From Podarcis erhardii (lineage: Eukaryota): a stretch of 64,000 nucleotides of DNA. Position numbers and translations under genes: made by a program. Position 1 is the first letter of the stretch, and each line of letters begins with the position of its first letter. Below, one piece after another: positions 9,482-22,286 of the stretch. The notes below the pieces were generated by a model. That model saw only the letters and a list, made by a program, of their open reading frames with translations. It ran no database searches and was not told the DNA's origin. The stretch lies in the NCBI GenBank assembly GCA_964252035.1, contig OZ176201.1; one strand, 5' to 3'.

Positions 9482-10380
9482 AAGAATACAGGCCCAGGGT
9501 GTGTGTTGAGCCCGGGGAACTCCCCGCTACAGTGTGCAACAATTGTGCCTCCCCACTCTGGCTTGGAGCGGCTAGGAGCCTGCCTACACACTCCCTGGAC
9601 CACTCCTCTGCTGCTCTGGGTGGCTGGGTGTGGCATGCAGGCTCCTCTGCAAGGGCGCAAGGGACACAGGAATGCCAATATTTGTCCTTGCCAAAGAGCG
9701 CAAGGGACAGGGGGCACTTATACAGCTCCCTGCCAAGGGCGCAATGGAGTTTAAATACACCTCTGGTGGCAATATCCCTTCCACATAATTTCTGAAATAC
9801 CTCCTACTCTTCTTTTTCTCTCAGATCAGCGCCAATATCTGTAGCTCACCGTTTGAAACATAGGGCATTGTTGTGTTTGCCTCCCAGGTGTTCTTTTCTC
9901 TTGCCTTTCTCCTTCTCCCCAACCTCATAGGACCTCTTCCTTAGCACAGAAGAAAGCTCCAGATGAAGAGGGATTACTGGCTGAGCGCAGATAATAGACT
10001 GCCTCACAACTGTTGCCATGCCAACGGCATGTAATAATACGTTGAAGCTTAAGCTGTGTACTTCCAGCCGGATCCTCTGGGACCTCCAAATAAGTGTGTC
10101 TAAAACTGCTGTCTTGTAGGTACATATAATAGTGAGTCAGACACCATTGGTCCATCTCTCTCAGTATTGTCCACACTGACCGGCAGTGGAGATCCAGGAA
10201 GGCAGGGTTCTTTCTCTGCCCTACCTGGAGATGGAATCCAGGATGTTCCGTGGGCAATTAAAAAGCGCCATTTGCCACAGTACTTGTTCATCACTCGGGG
10301 GTCTTTGTACTCAGTGGCCTGAACACCAGGAGCAGATCTGCAAGCCTAATACTATGCTGATTCAGACATGTCCTAATATA

Positions 10381-10935
10381 GAATCATAGAATGGTAGAGT
10401 AGGAAGGGACCCTGAGAGACATCTAGTCTAACCCCTTCTAATGCAGGAATCTCATGTAGATCATACATGACAGATGGCCATCCAACCTCTACTTAAAATT
10501 CTCCAGGGAAGGAGAATCTCTCATGGGAGTCTGTTCCACTGTCAAACAGCTCTTACTGTCAGAAAGTTATTCCTGATGTTTAATTGAAACCTCCTTTCTT
10601 GTAACTTTAATCCCTTGGTTTAAGTCCTAGCCTCCAGAGCAGGAGAAAACAAGCTTACTCCATCTTCCATGTGACAGCCCTTTTGATATTTGAAAATGGC
10701 TCTCATACATTCTCTCAGTCTTCTCTTTTCCAGGCTAAACATACTCAACTCCCTCATCTGTTCCTCATAAGGCTTGGTTTCCAGACCCTTGATCATCTTG
10801 GTCCCCCTTCTCTGTATACGTCCCAGCATGTCAGTATCCTTAAATTGCCTAGAACTGGACATAGTACTCTAGGTGTGGTTTGACCAAGGCAGGCTAGAGT
10901 GGGAATATTACTTCCCTTGATTGGGACACTATACT
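10381..10935 (-). mobile_element. CR1 LINE 3' fragment
   Basis: Minus strand encodes IQRRGTKMIKGLETKPYEE...SLEKRRLR; terminal (ATTCTRTG)-type repeats appear as GAATCATAGAAT on plus. Confidence 0.88.
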
Positions 10936-12104
10936 TCGGTTGTTTTCAAAGAGTTGCCTCTCTGTAGTGCAGATGGGGACCTTCAGGCCTGCAGGTCATA
11001 TGTGGCCTCTAGTGGATGCTTTGGATCCAGCTTGTTCCTTGTTCCTGCTCCCCATGCAGCATTTAAGCTTAGGAAAAAGGATATTCGTGTCGATAGAAGT
11101 TTATTTCTAAGCGTAATTGCTGCTTAAGCTGAGTGGTGGTGGTTTGCAGCCCACAAAGATGAGGGTTAGAGTATAGGCTCTGTCTACAAATGCATTGTGA
11201 ATCTATCTAAAAGGTGCACCTAATTCTACATCTCATTAAGAAGAAAACCACCCACAATTTCATCTGTTATCTGTTGCTGATCATTTTAACAGCAGATTGA
11301 TCTGCTGCAAAAGCATAACTTTCCATTCCTACTTTCGTGGCCCTAAGCCCCAAAAACTAAAAAGAAGGTAGAGTGCTGTTGTGCTCAAGTCTAGCTTGAA
11401 GGCTTCCCATAGGCATCTGGTTGACCTCTGTGAGAACACGATGCAGGCCTAGATGGGTCAATGGCTTGATCGAGCAAGCTCATCTTCTTATTTCTCCAGT
11501 ATACAGGGACTGGAGAACAGAAGATACGACTGCTGATAAATTGATATTTATAGGGCCTTTTGAAATCATTGCAGTAGATACTGCTTTCTATTCCCAGCTA
11601 GTGAGATAGTGGGATGTGGCCATCTGTATAGTCTTGCTCCCTCTCATTGTTTTCCACCAGCGACTTAGAACAACTTTATTCTTTTGAACTTCAGTTAATT
11701 GTTTCTCTCACGCCCTATGGGCTTTTACTGTTTGCATTTGATTTGATTCCTAATTTGCATTTGATTTGTGTTTGTTCTTGATTGTTGCTTTTTAACATTT
11801 AACTGCTGTTGAGTCTTTGTATTTGTATTTGTATTTTATTGTTATTTTTTCCAATTTTATTTTTAACTGCTGGATGCTACCTCAGGTGCCTTAAAGTGTA
11901 AATGAGATATTAAATATATTAATAAATACTAGTAGACTAGTAGACACTACCAAACATAGTGATTATTTGCAGGATGTTTTATACACCATAAAACCACCTT
12001 TCACAAAAAGACTCAAAGGCCAAGAAAGAGTTGTCAGGCTTTCAGATTTTGCATTAGACAATAACTGGAAAAGAAAGAAAAAGAGGATAACAAGAGCTCC
12101 AGTG

Positions 12105-12185
12105 CTAAAACACACATATAGAGGAGTAAGCCTCACTAAACCCAGTGGGACTTACTTCTGAGGAAACATGCAGAGCGCTCTACTC
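12105..12185. repeat. Short palindromic interspersed repeat (probable PIF/Harbinger-derived MITE) in the parapinopsin 3' UTR
   Basis: AGTAAGCCTCACT-AAACCC-AGTGGGACTTACT hairpin; related copies at about 2782-2866, 6803-6856, 43483-43567, 46543-46602 and 60840-60880. Confidence 0.6.
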
Positions 12186-12219
12186 TAAGTCAATAAAAAT
12201 ACATATATTGAATTGTGTT

Positions 12220-12357
12220 CTACTGTGGAGAAACTTTGCCGCATCTTGAAGAGGAAGCAGGGGCAACAGTAGAAACTTCTAGATCAGTTTCATCCACTTG
12301 ACTGGAAGCACATGGATTTTTTCCACACAGGAGACACCTAACGAGACAATCGCGGAA
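12220..12357 (-). CDS. parapinopsin: Parapinopsin exon 4 (helix 8 and C-tail)
   Basis: Acceptor TTTCATTTCCAG|TTC; FRDCLVRCLLCGKNPCASSQVDETDLEVSTVAPASSSRCGKVSPQ then TAG. Not in the ORF track. Confidence 0.93.
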   Translation of the reverse strand, partial: FRDCLVRCLLCGKNPCASSQVDETDLEVSTVAPASSSRCGKVSPQ

Positions 12358-15300
12358 CTGGAAATGAAAAGTACAAATTTACTTTTGGCTCATGCCACAT
12401 TTGATTATACGTCATTCATGTACACAAACACATCTATATGTGTTTGTGTGTGTGTATTGCTGTGAGACACGTAAAGACTGTATCCAACATTGCAGCTCTA
12501 CCGGTAGAAAGGGCTGCCATGTGCATAATTAAATTTCCTCTTCTTTCCCTGTTCCTTTCTGCCACTCCTCCCCTTGCATCCTTGAATATCAGCTCTGGAG
12601 GGATGGGGTAAACCCTCTGAAGCAGATTTGGGGGGGGGGGAGAAGAGAGAATGGAACCCCACTGGCACAGTATGTTTGGTATGTTACAACCCATCTCATA
12701 CAACTAGGGTTGCCACTGTGAAATCCCTGGCTCTGCTCCTATGCCTTAAACAGCAACCTGAGGCATGGAGGGTCAGTGCCCAGCGCAGCAGAAACAGTTG
12801 TGCTCCCCAAAATCTGCCTCTGAGATAAGGACAGGAGGCACTGAGACAAAAAGGATGAAGGAAACGTTCAGAAGAGGTAATTGATTTATGGGGCGGAGGC
12901 GGGAAGAGAAAACCACAAGTTTTAAAAACAAACCAGAACAAAAAGCAAAATTGATTTGGGATTTAGCACATACCGTAGTTTTTGCATGCCAGCAGTTTAG
13001 AAAACAGATTCTTCCTGCATATTAACAGCTAGAATAGGGTATTTTCCCTCTTTCTCTAAAGTAGGGTTTTTTCCACTTGTGGCTTCATAGGGGTCCATTT
13101 AAATGGCTGCAAAAAATAAAGCCACCTCCTCCATGTCATAAAACAAATTGTATGCAAAATCTTGTGCCTATATTTATATGCATTTTTCTAGGGAGGGGGT
13201 TCCATAGCTTTAATCAGATTCTCAAAGGGGTCAGTGATCCCCAAAATGACCACTGCTCTAAAGACAACATATTATTATGCATGCTATGACATAAATTTCT
13301 AAGCAATAAGTATTTATCTTCTTTAAGTATGTATGTATGTATGTCAAACGACTCATTTACTATTAAAATGATATTTAAGTTTAAATCCAGCACAGATTTA
13401 GGCATGCTTAAGACCATTGTATTCTATGGGCTTAGTGCTTCCTAGCTCTGTTGCGTTTTTTTATTTGTTATTAATATATGGGGACGTGGGTGGTGCTGTG
13501 GGTAAAACCTCAGCGCCTAGGGCTTGCCGATTGCATGGTCGGCGGTTTGAATCCCCGCAGTGGGGTGAGCTCCTGTCTTTCAGTCCCAGCTCCTGCCCAC
13601 CTAGCAGTTCGAAAGCACCCCTAAGTGCAAGTAGATAAATAGGTACCGCTTTATAGCGGGAAGGTAAACGGCGTTTCCGTGTGCTGCACTGGCTCGCCAG
13701 AGCAGCTTCGTCACGCTGGCCACGTGACCCGGAGGTGTCTCCGGACAGTGCTGGCCCCCGGCCTCTTAAAGGCAGGGGTACCTTTACCTTAAGCACATTA
13801 AGCATTCATACTATTTTTATGCACTGATGAAAGTTTCAAAGGCATTTTTAATGCTATAATAGATTAGGATTTTATTTTGTGTAACTGGGCAAAAAATCCT
13901 GCATGTTGATATAATTGTTACTGAAACAAGTGCATGAAGAAAACAGAAAAAGCGTCCTTGATAAATCATAATAAGAATTCATTTAGCCACAAGGTGGCAG
14001 CATAGAAAATAATTCTGCACATACAGCAGGCAGCTTTAAGGCAATCCTGGGACAAACCCACCAGAGCATTATGCTATATTCTTTGTGCAAATAATGTTTT
14101 GTATTGCTCGATTTACTTCCTGACTAGTGAACAGACAGCAACGTGTGTTTGATCTGTTGTGCAACCTAAAAAGCAGGTCAAGCACATACAAAATTCTTGG
14201 TTAGAGAACATTTCCCTTTTTGCAGTGTGTACCATCCCTGTGAGCCTGCTAGGAAAGCTGGCATGCCTGAATAGATATAAAAGCAATGTAAGCAATTTTA
14301 TTTACTTGGGAAAGTCCAGACCTGCAGATAGATGATTTGTGGTATAGTATACTCTACATATCATGCGGGGCGGGGTTAAGATCAGGGCAGCGGATTTTAT
14401 TTTGCAGTGTAGTTCAGAAGAGAGAGCAGAGGGATTTGGAAGTAAAATTCACAGGGTGGTGGATTTTTTTTTTTTTTTTAAAAAGACTCCCAATGGATGT
14501 TGAGACTATACAATATTTATATTTTGATTTTCATGGAGTTTAAACTCACCTGCTTGTTCATAAAAATGTAGATGACTGGATTATAGAACGTGCTGCTTTT
14601 CGCCAGGTACATAGGAATGGTGGCTATAATAGGATTAATGTAGATTTGAGGATTACCCACAACTACCAGGGCAAAAGTTGCGTAAGGAAGCCAGCAAATC
14701 AAGAATGCCATCACCATGACTATCACCATCCGTGACACTTGAGTTTCCGCTTTCGTTGTTGAGCCTCGTTGAGCTACTCCAACTTTAGCAACCTAGTTAA
14801 AAATAGCACATTCAATACCTATCAAAAATAGGACACACATCAGTGTAATTACATTTCATTGCACATAAAAGAATAGGATGACAGTTCATGTGGAAGTGCT
14901 TAAGAATGTTTTATTCTGCATGCCAGCAGGAAGTTCAGGTCAGCCTTTACAGAGCAAGTTTATTTTGGGAAAGAGAGAACAGGAGGCTTTTGTAATAATC
15001 TGCTAATTTGCAAATATCCAGTCTGAACAGGTCTTGAAGGATGCAGAAGCAAGTGTATGGATACTGGCAATCTGACATGTAAAGGTGACAGTGGCATCCA
15101 TGGTCTGAGCTGATATGATGTCTTAGAACAGGAATAGTTAATGTGGTCCCCTCCAGCTATTATAGACTACAACTCCCATCATTCTTGACCGTTGGCCATG
15201 CTGGCAGGGACTGATAGGAGCTGAAGTCCATCAGCATCTAGAGGGTAGCACATTGGGTACCCTTGATTCAGTCTGTCTGCCTCCAAATGTTCGCAACTGC

Positions 15301-18300
15301 GTAGTCTTATGAGTTCACCTAAAAGACATTTGGCTGCAAAAGCTGGGAAAAGGAGGAGCTGTGAGTACAAGGTTGGGAGGCCAAAGATTGGAAAGCGCAG
15401 TGAAAATAAGTTCCAGGAGGTAGGGAAGAAATGAGAAATCCAGAGTGACCAAAGTTCTCCCTTAAACATAGCATATGATGGAAAAAGGCACGCCAGAGGA
15501 AATGCAATTTGCCAAGATACAGGAATGCTACAGGGTCTGGGCCTGAACGCTCTAATGTGGCAGCGAGGAAAGCAGTAAAGGCACGGACCAAACTCCATTA
15601 CTACACGGAAACTGGCCGTGTGATGGACAGATAAATTCCTTGTAGGCCTGTTTTTGTTTTTTCATCTGAGCAGACTTTAAAGAAGTGCTTCATATGTTAT
15701 ACACAGAAGGTTTGCTTGATAAATGTGAGGGGAAATATCTGTTTTGGCGTTTAGTTAAGAGGGTGAATTTAAAACAAATTGTAAACACTTTTCAAAGCCA
15801 GGAATGTGAGAAGCTGCCTTATACCAAGTCAGACCATTGTTCCATCTAGCTGAGGAGTGCCAACACGGACTGGCAGTGACTCTCCAGGGTTTCAGGCAAG
15901 AACCTTTCCCCATCCGACTTGAAGCCACAGAAGACTGAACCTACAACCTTTTGAAAATTTGAACTAGCACTGAAAACACCTTCCAAATACAATGCAGTAA
16001 TTTGTCTCATAGCCAGTTCCCCTGCTAACCTGTGGTGTAGGTTTCTGTTCAGCAAATCTGTGCTTGCTTCAGTAGCAGACTGGCAGCCAGAGCAAATCCC
16101 ACAAACAAGGTGTTGTAATATGTTGCCACTGGTTTGCCACCACAAGCAACCCAGCTACCACATTATGCACCAGCTGCAAGGATAGCTCCACATAGAGCAC
16201 AGTGCACTAATACACATTTGAGGTTGCCAATGCATGGACACTAGAGGACACCTGTGATTCCAGTGACAGTGATGGATCTAGGAGCACCTAACATTATCTT
16301 ATATTGCACACATTAATGTGTGTGCGCACGCAGCCCTTGTGAGTGGCAAAAGAATCCCCAATGCTATGTGTGAATCTGAATCACAGATAAATCGTTAATG
16401 GAATTATGCTTTGGTATGGAAAATACGTAAGATATGAGCACCCATGCTTAGTGAAGTCTAAGCACACCAGTTTAACATTTGCCTAAATTCAGATTCCATG
16501 TGCTCCGATTCCTTGAATGATGACGGTATGCAACATAAAGTAGCCGTTATTGACCCAGTTTTGTTTTTTTAAAAATGTAGTTCAAGCCCTTGGGCCAGAT
16601 TGTCTTTTGAATGAGTCAGTACATTTTAATTCTGGAATTTTTTTAAATGGTGCTAAAACACTTTTAAGGTCAGCAAATTAAGCAAAACATAATACGAAAT
16701 GCAGCACTACCTGGCGCAGAGTCCATAGTAGATATCCATAGGAAACCAAGATGGCAGCGAACGGAATTGTAAAGCAGAATAGAAAGTAGCAGACAATATA
16801 GGAAACATTAATAGGGTCACTGTTGTACCAGTCCGGAGCACAGGAGGTCATGACGCCTTCCATCTGGTATCCTCCCCAACCAAAAAGAGGGGGAGTGTTC
16901 CAAACGAGAGACCAGACCCAGGACGCAGCAACTCCAATCATGGCTTTCCTGGTGGTAAAAGTAAGTGTTCCCATAGGCTTGCCGATCACAATCGCACGGT
17001 CTATAGCTATCACTGCTATGGTACATAAAGCCACAATGCCTGCAATTGAAGTGAAAATATGTTATTCATTCCTTTTAATATTAAGAATATTACACAAACT
17101 GTATCACAACTGGTACTTTTGAATTTCTGAAGAGCCTCAGTGCATTCAAATCCTTACCTTTCTAGGGAGCCAGCATGAGGAATTTGCAACATTCTGCTGT
17201 AGCTTTGAATTACATCCTTCACAATAAATCTTCCTTCCATTGACAACATTACTTTCAACTAGTGTCTACTGGATCAGGGATGGGGAACCTGTGTGGCCCT
17301 CCAAGTGCTGTTGTACCACAGCTCCAATCATCCCCTGACCATTGGCCATTGACTTGTGCTAGTGGGAGTTTGGGGTCAAGCAACATTTGGAAGGTCACAG
17401 GTTCCACACTCCAATATCATCACCTGATTCTTCTACTTCTTATTTATTAAAATTGTCCATTGCTTTATCTTGCCCAAGGCAACCCAAATCAATTTGCAAG
17501 CAAGCAAACAAAAGCCACATAGGTATATTAAAACCAGGGAGAAAATACATTGAAAACATCCCCCCACCTCTCTCACTTCTAAAAGGCCATGGAAAAGGGA
17601 CAAAGGCCTGGTTATAGAGGGATGTTTTTGGCTGCCATCTAAAGATGTATAATAATGGCACCAGGCAAGCCACCCTGGGGAGAGCATTCCACACAAAGCA
17701 TTCCACACCCATTCCACATTCCTCTTGTGGAGGGGGCACATGAAGAAGGGCCTCAGATGATGATTGTAGGGTCCGGGTTGGTCCTTGACGTATTGCACTC
17801 CTGAGCTATTTAAGGCTTTATCATTCTAAACTAGCACTTTGAATTGGGCTGGGAAACTAGTTGGCAGACAGTGCAATTGGGCCAGGATCGGTGCTACAAC
17901 CTGGCCACTGAATTCTGCTGTCTTTAAAGGCAGTCCCATGCATAGCATGTTGAAGTAATCTAACTTAGGGGTTACCAGAACTCAGAAACAGACTAAGTGC
18001 TAATATATGCAACATTCAGGAAATTTAGTTTGGTCACATTTAATTTTAAATGGAGTTGCCCCACTTCCAAAGTTAAGTAGATTAGTTAAAAGAGAGAGCC
18101 AGGGAAGTTAGATTTCTTCAGCAAGCTTGGTAGTTATTTAAAAATCATTAATATAGACACAGAGATAAAATGTATCTAGTAAATTTAGAAAGGTACCAAT
18201 AATTCCAATAAGATACAAGTATGCTTAACAAGCAGAGTCCAGAAAGCTATAAAAGGCAAAAAGGGCATCTGTAAAAGAGAAAGTTTTGCCAAAATGAGAA

Positions 18301-21300
18301 GAACTAAAAGTAGTACAAACTCTGGCAAAACAAATATAAATTAGCAATACAGCCAAAACAGTTTTTCCAAAGAGCATACTGGTGGTAAACAATTATAGCA
18401 GTTTTAAAAATTTATAGTAATTTAAAATATGACATTCTAGAACTATCTGTTAAAAGCCATTGGGTCTGGTCATTTGTCAGATTACAAATTAACACTGAAC
18501 AAATCAAATTCTGAGTGAAGGATTATTAGGAAAGGAGTTGAAAATAAAATCACCAATATAATATTGCCATATAAAAATGTATGGTACCACCCCACTGGAA
18601 TACTGCATACAGTTTTAACACTCTACCTGAAGAAGGAAGTTCTAGAGCAAGAAAAGGAGCAGAAAACTCTCAACGCTGCAAGGTTAAAGCATTTGGAGCT
18701 CTTTTAGTGTAGAGAAGAGGTAGGCTAAGTTTGAACATGAAGGAAGTTTATAAAATTCTATATAGTGTGGAAGAAGTGGTAGAGTAAAACTTTTATCCCT
18801 CACCCATAAGAGTAGAACTTGGGTCACCTGCTTTAATAGCTTGCCACTTCATTCAAAACAACAACATAACCACCACCATCATCATTCATACAACACACAA
18901 CAGAATATTTGAAGAGAGCCACTGGTTAGATCACTGTACATGGGACTTTGCCTTTGCTTTTGTACAGTTTGATTTCATACCATGGGGTGGGGGTGAGATA
19001 CAGGTTACCGAACATCATTTTGATTTTAGAAGACCAGCTCCACATCTGTCAAACTTGGCCTGCGTGGAGTGGGAGAGATAAGGATCTGGTCTGCTGGATG
19101 GACCCAGTTCCCCACCCCTGCTTTTAAAGCAGACTCATATATAATATCAGCTTCATTCACTAAATGAGTGCGTGCATGCCCCCTTCACCCTGACTTTTCC
19201 AGAAAGGTCTAAGGGGGCTTTTAAGCTCATTCAGGAAGCAGGCCCTAGCTATGAAGAACCTGCACATTGGGGTATGGTGGTCACTTCTAGACAACCTGTT
19301 TATTGAGCATCAATTTGTAAGTGGAACCTGGTGTAAGAAAGAAGACAGGGAGGTGGGGCCCGATTGAGGGCAGACTGAGGTTTTTGGGATAGTGATCCAT
19401 TCACCCTAAATAATGAGCCTCCACTGCTGAAATAACACAGCAAGTTGTGGTTGAACAAAATATGGTACTCCTCCTCCTAGAGGAAGAGATGGGAGACTGC
19501 ACATTTTCCTCACACTGTTAAAGATGGCTCATCTGTGGGCCAGTAAATGCTGGTTCCTGGGGTAGGGAGTGGAGAAACATCAGAGCAGAGCTGTTGCCTT
19601 CATGTTCGGCTATTGACCTTCCTGGGAAAATCTGGCTAGCTAGAGTGAAACAGGCTACATGCACTTTAGGATTGTTCCTATCAAGATGCCGGCTTTGAGA
19701 AAACTATCCTCAGAGATTTGTAATTGTGCTGCATTCAGTGTTTTTATTTGCCCACTTTTATTTTATTGATAAATACTGGCTTCACTCCTTAGTCAGATAT
19801 AAAGCTTTGTATTCCAAGCAACTAACTGCAGCTAGTAAAGTGTAATTTCTTATTGATACTTCATCTCAGTTCAACTGTCATCTCTTAATGCACCAGGAAG
19901 AAAAGTGTTGAAAACAGTGCAATTTTCATTCACCAGTAAGTGCTATAAAAATTAGAGTTCTCTAAGGACAGCCCATATGAAGTTGAGCTCCTAGGCTGAA
20001 CAATGGGATGCAAGTAAAAGAACTGATGAGATTATAAAATATCTTGTTAAGCCATCCCATGAATACTGAGCCACGTTTTAATTACTGCATCATAAAAATA
20101 GACAGTGTGGCAAGCTTAGAAATGGCAATGAAGATTGATTTTTTAAAGAAAGGATGCCGGGTGCATATAAAAAGGAAATGTGCATTGTGGGGGATAGATG
20201 AGAAAAAAAGTAGTTTTATTGTAATGTACATAAAATGCTGTATGGATTTAAAAGTGAGCTGGGTCCCTCTAAATAGGCAGTTTGCAGGCATCCTATATGC
20301 CTGTTTTATATTGAAACCCCATTCACTCATTCTCTCCCCACTCCCACCCCTTAAATATCATTGCAGCAGAGGGGGAGAAGGAATGGCACTATTAGTCTCT
20401 CCCCCCCCCTCAAGTTTTCTGCAACCTCCCCCATCCCAGTGTTTGGGACTAAATGTCTGCAGCAGGGTTTAAGCTGGTTGTCTGCCTGAGCAACAATGGA
20501 TTTCCTAGCTATGAGGCATGTGGAAGAGTTCTTTGGCTTGGGCTCCTGGCTTGGGCTCCCCGCTCCAATTCCTTTGCACAATCCTGGCTCCCTATTCCTG
20601 TGCTCTGACAGCTGCATACAGCTCAGCCCTGACAGTGTCGGAATCTGGGAGAACGCCAGCCATCTGGGAGAACGCCAGCTCTGTAGGGCTATGTAAAGTT
20701 GCATAGCCTAAACCAGGCTTCCTCAACCGCGGCCCTCCAGATGTTTTTGGCCTAAAACTCCCATGATCCCTAGCTAGCAGGACCAGTGGTTAGGGATGAT
20801 GAGAATTGTAGTCTCAAAACGTCTGGAGGACCGAGGTTGAGGAAGCCTGGCCTAAACACAAATTTAATTCAGTGTAAAGTAGGCCACTGTGACTGGCCCC
20901 AAGTCACCCAATGAACTTGTCCACTCCAAGCTCAATGCTACACAACACTACACTGGTATAAACCGGGCACAAAGACAGATGGTATAGTCAAGAATAATAC
21001 ACTTGGCCTAAGCCATGTAGGGCTTTCTGTCAAACCAGCACCTAGAAATAAACTCAAAATAAATATATGATGAAAAGCACTCTGACTTTTAATAGTTGTC
21101 AAGAACAGCCCTACAGAGAATGTGTTGTATAGAAATCCAATGTGGTGCATGTGGTGCAGTGGTTAGAGTGTTGGACTAGAACCTGGGAGACCAAGGTTCA
21201 TACCCCTACTCAGCCATGAAGCTCACTGGGTGACTTTGGACCAGTCACTGCCTCTCAGTCTAATCTACCCGTTGTGAGGATTAATTGGGGATGGGGGAAA

Positions 21301-22248
21301 CGCCACTTTGAGCTCCTTGGGAGAAACGGTGGGATATACATAAATGCAATAAATGGAATGGGGGGGGGGAGTTGTCTAGGATTGACATTGCAGAAGTGCA
21401 AATGATGCCCACTAGGGTCAGTTGCACATTTCTATTTGCAGAGACAACCTTGTATTATTAATCTTTTTTTATGTGGTGGAGGGGGGTGATTTTAGAAAGC
21501 TTCACAGGGATCAATATACCCCTAATGTAAATGACAGCTTAGTACAAGAGAGGAAAGGACAACATATTTGATTTTAATATAATATGAGGACAGTATATAA
21601 GGGCCTTTTGTGGAACATTATATAAATAAGTAGTTTGGCTTCTAAGGTTCTCGCCTCCTCTCCCATTCTGTACGCGTGTGTAATAGTGGTTTGGAAGTGA
21701 GGGTTGTTCAGTTTGCATTCTCGGGCAAAAGAGAAACTTGGTATGTACCAACCAGGGCATTTTGGGTACACCAAGAGCTATTAACAAATGTAGCAGCATT
21801 ACTGAACTATATGGGACGAAACTATTTTTGATGTTATAATATTATGCCATTTATGGTGGACAGCTGAAGCTTCAATTGCTGCTTAGCTTTTTAACATAGC
21901 AATACAAAAGGGCCTGGGAACAGCATGGGGCCTCATGGGTGGCTTGGGAAGGCAGTTGAAGTGGCTTGGACTTTACGTGGGCAATCCTGTGAAGCCCCTA
22001 ACTTCATTCTTGGATGGTGCCCCATTCTTCCCTTCCACTAGAGTTCCTTCTTGTTATATTTCTCCTGGCTTGCCCTCTTTTTCCCCCTCTAGTTTTGTCC
22101 TTGTTTTTAAAAGTGGCCCTCCCCCTTTGTTTCAAAGTAGTTTCTGAACAAACTGGAAGGGGAAATGTTTTATTTAATTGATTTTTAATAAATAAGTAAA
22201 TCTGGTTGTATGGCTTGGCGGGAAAGAGCAAATTGATAGATTTCTGTG

Positions 22249-22286
<38 letters not shown>

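Noticed and set aside
16823-17122. 99-aa plus-strand ORF and the 16817-17026 alternative frame
   Set aside because: Antisense or off-frame shadows of parapinopsin exon 2
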